DNA of 32,000 nucleotides from Pseudomonas aeruginosa (GTDB lineage Bacteria; Pseudomonadota; Gammaproteobacteria; Pseudomonadales; Pseudomonadaceae): NCBI RefSeq assembly GCF_001457615.1, contig NZ_LN831024.1, positions 1,470,001 to 1,502,000 of the forward strand, read 5' to 3'. Shown piece by piece: positions 30,209 to 32,000 of this stretch (position 1 is its first letter; each line of letters starts with the position of its first letter). The notes under the pieces were generated by a model. It saw only the letters and a program-made list of their open reading frames with translations, ran no database searches and was not told where the DNA came from. The position numbers and the translations under genes were made by a program.

Positions 30209-32000
30209 ATGCTCGAACTCGATACCCGGCAGATCCGCATGGGCCAGCGCGCCGCGGACAAGGCCGAAGCCCTGCGCCTGCTCGGCGCGGCGCTGGTCGC
30301 CGACGGCCTGGCCGCGCCCGGCTATGCCGAGGGCCTGAAGGCGCGCGAGGCACAAGGCTCCACCTACCTCGGCCAGGGCATCGCCATACCCCATGGGACC
30401 CCGGATACCCGCGAGCTGGTCTTCAGCACCGGTGTGCGCCTGCTGCAATTCCCCGAGGGAGTGGACTGGGGCGATGGCCAGCAGGTCTACCTGGCCATCG
30501 GCATCGCGGCGAAGTCCGACGAACACCTGCAGCTCCTGCAATTGCTCACCCGCGCCCTCGGCGAGGCCGACCTGGGACCGGCGCTGAGCGCGGCCGCCAG
30601 CGCCGAGGAAGTCCTCGGCCTGTTGCAGGGCGCGCCGCAGGAACTGGCGCTGGACGCACAACTGGTCGGCCTCGGCCAGAACGCCGAGGACCTCGACGAA
30701 CTGGCCTGGCTCGGCGCGCGCCTGTTGAAGAAGGCCGGCTGCGTGGAGAACGGCTTCGCCGCCGTGCTCCAGCAGACTGAACCGTTGCCGCTGGGCGACG
30801 GGCTGTGCTGGTTGCACAGCGAACAATTGGTGAAGCGCCCCGGGCTGGCCTTCGTCACTCCGGCGCAACCGTTGCAGCACCAGGGGCAACTGGTCACCGG
30901 GCTGTTCTGCCTGGCCAGCCTGGGCGAAGCGCACCAGGCGCTGCTCGAACGCCTGTGCGACCTGTTGCTGGAAGGGCGTGGCGCCGAGCTGGTGCGCGCC
31001 ACCAGCAGCCGCAGCGTACTCGCGGCGCTCGGTGGCGAGCTGCCGCCGGACTGGCCCAGCGCGCGAGCGGTCCTGGCCAACCCGCATGGCCTGCATGCCC
31101 GCCCGGCGCAGGCGCTGGCGCAGCTGGCCAAGGGTTTCGCCGGCGAGATCCGGGTACGCCTGGCCGACAGCGAGGCGGCCCCCGTCTCGGCGAAGAGCCT
31201 GAGCAAGCTGCTCGCCCTCGGCGCGCGACGCGGCCAGACGCTGGAGTTCAGCGCCGAGCCGGCGATCGCCGAGGACGCGCTGCCAGCCTTGCTGGCCGCG
31301 GTGCGCGAGGGGCTCGGCGAGGAGGTCGAAGCGCTGGCGGAGGAGGCCTTGCCCGATGCCGTCGGCGAGGCGGAAGAGGATGCCCGGCCGGCGCCGCTGC
31401 GCGCCGGCGAGCGCCTGCAGGCAATCGCCGCGTCGCCGGGCATCGCCAGTGGTCCGGCGCATGTCCAGGTGGCGCAGCGCTTCGAGTTCCAGCCGCGCGG
31501 CGAGTCGCCGGCCCATGAACGCGAGCGCCTGCTGCGGGCCAAGCGGGCGGTGGACGAGGAGATCGTCGGCCTGGTCGAACGCAGCACGGTGAAGGCGATC
31601 CGCGAGATTTTCGTCACCCACCGGGAGATGCTCGACGATCCGGAACTGGCCGAGCAGGTGCAACTGCGCCTGAATCGCGGCGAAAGCGCCGAAGCGGCCT
31701 GGAGTCGGGTGGTGGAAGACAGCGCGGCGCAACAGGAGGCGCTGCACGACGCGCTGCTCGCCGAGCGCGCCGCCGACCTCCGCGACCTCGGCCGGCGGGT
31801 GCTGGCCAGGCTCTGCGGGGTGGAGGCGCCGCGCGAGCCGGAGCAGCCGTACATCCTGGTGATGGACGAGGTCGGCCCCTCCGATGTCGCCCGCCTCGAC
31901 GCCCAGCGGGTCGCCGGCATCCTCACGGCGCGCGGCGGCGCCACTTCGCACAGCGCGATCATCGCCCGCGCCCTCGGCATTCCGGCATTGGTCGGCGCCG
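30209..32000 (+). CDS. fruB: Fructose-specific multiphosphoryl transfer protein (EIIA-HPr-EI fusion), truncated by window edge
   Basis: Open from ATG 30209 to the right edge: [12 protein letters not shown] (EIIA active-site region), [14 protein letters not shown] (HPr His), [24 protein letters not shown] (EI phospho-His). Confidence 0.95.
   Translation, partial: MLELDTRQIRMGQRAADKAEALRLLGAALVADGLAAPGYAEGLKAREAQGSTYLGQGIAIPHGTPDTRELVFSTGVRLLQFPEGVDWGDGQQVYLAIGIAAKSDEHLQLLQLLTRALGEADLGPALSAAASAEEVLGLLQGAPQELALDAQLVGLGQNAEDLDELAWLGARLLKKAGCVENGFAAVLQQTEPLPLGDGLCWLHSEQLVKRPGLAFVTPAQPLQHQGQLVTGLFCLASLGEAHQALLERLCDLLLEGRGAELVRATSSRSVLAALGGELPPDWPSARAVLANPHGLHARPAQALAQLAKGFAGEIRVRLADSEAAPVSAKSLSKLLALGARRGQTLEFSAEPAIAEDALPALLAAVREGLGEEVEALAEEALPDAVGEAEEDARPAPLRAGERLQAIAASPGIASGPAHVQVAQRFEFQPRGESPAHERERLLRAKRAVDEEIVGLVERSTVKAIREIFVTHREMLDDPELAEQVQLRLNRGESAEAAWSRVVEDSAAQQEALHDALLAERAADLRDLGRRVLARLCGVEAPREPEQPYILVMDEVGPSDVARLDAQRVAGILTARGGATSHSAIIARALGIPALVGA

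Noticed and set aside
30119-31951. 610-aa and 497-aa minus-strand ORFs opposite fruB
   Set aside because: Antisense to a strongly recognisable EIIA-HPr-EI gene; GC-driven open frames.

Overview
The window matches a Pseudomonas aeruginosa chromosome. The gene content and order resemble the glp / nalD / mms / fru region, running roughly from the PA3589 neighbourhood to PA3562; this assignment is from memory, with no database search. Core genes in order: thiolase 3' end, OprD-family porin, metR, alpha/beta hydrolase, glpM, glpD, glpR, glpK and glpF, ybaK-type deacylase, second glycerol kinase, PhzF-family protein, 104-aa small protein, secreted hypothetical, cytochrome b561, copZ-like chaperone, nalD, Bcr/CflA MFS, 58-aa ORF, mmsR, mmsA, mmsB, propionyl-CoA synthetase-like protein, zinc-type dehydrogenase, ABM monooxygenase, LysR regulator, barstar-family protein, TatD-family DNase, fruR/cra, and fruB/fruI (cut by the right edge). 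The clear accessory segment is about 13.2-15.95 kb. It holds a complete, leader-bearing type I-F-like CRISPR array: 14 identical 28-bp repeats, 14 spacers of exactly 32 nt and a truncated 15th repeat. No cas gene lies anywhere in the window. The array's distal end is fused to a REP-like palindrome. It is followed by about three tandem composite modules, and near the ends of two of them are degenerate CRISPR-repeat relics. No convincing new effector system is visible. The best leads are the cas-less array, its decayed trailer and the adjacent small gene with a structured 5' leader.
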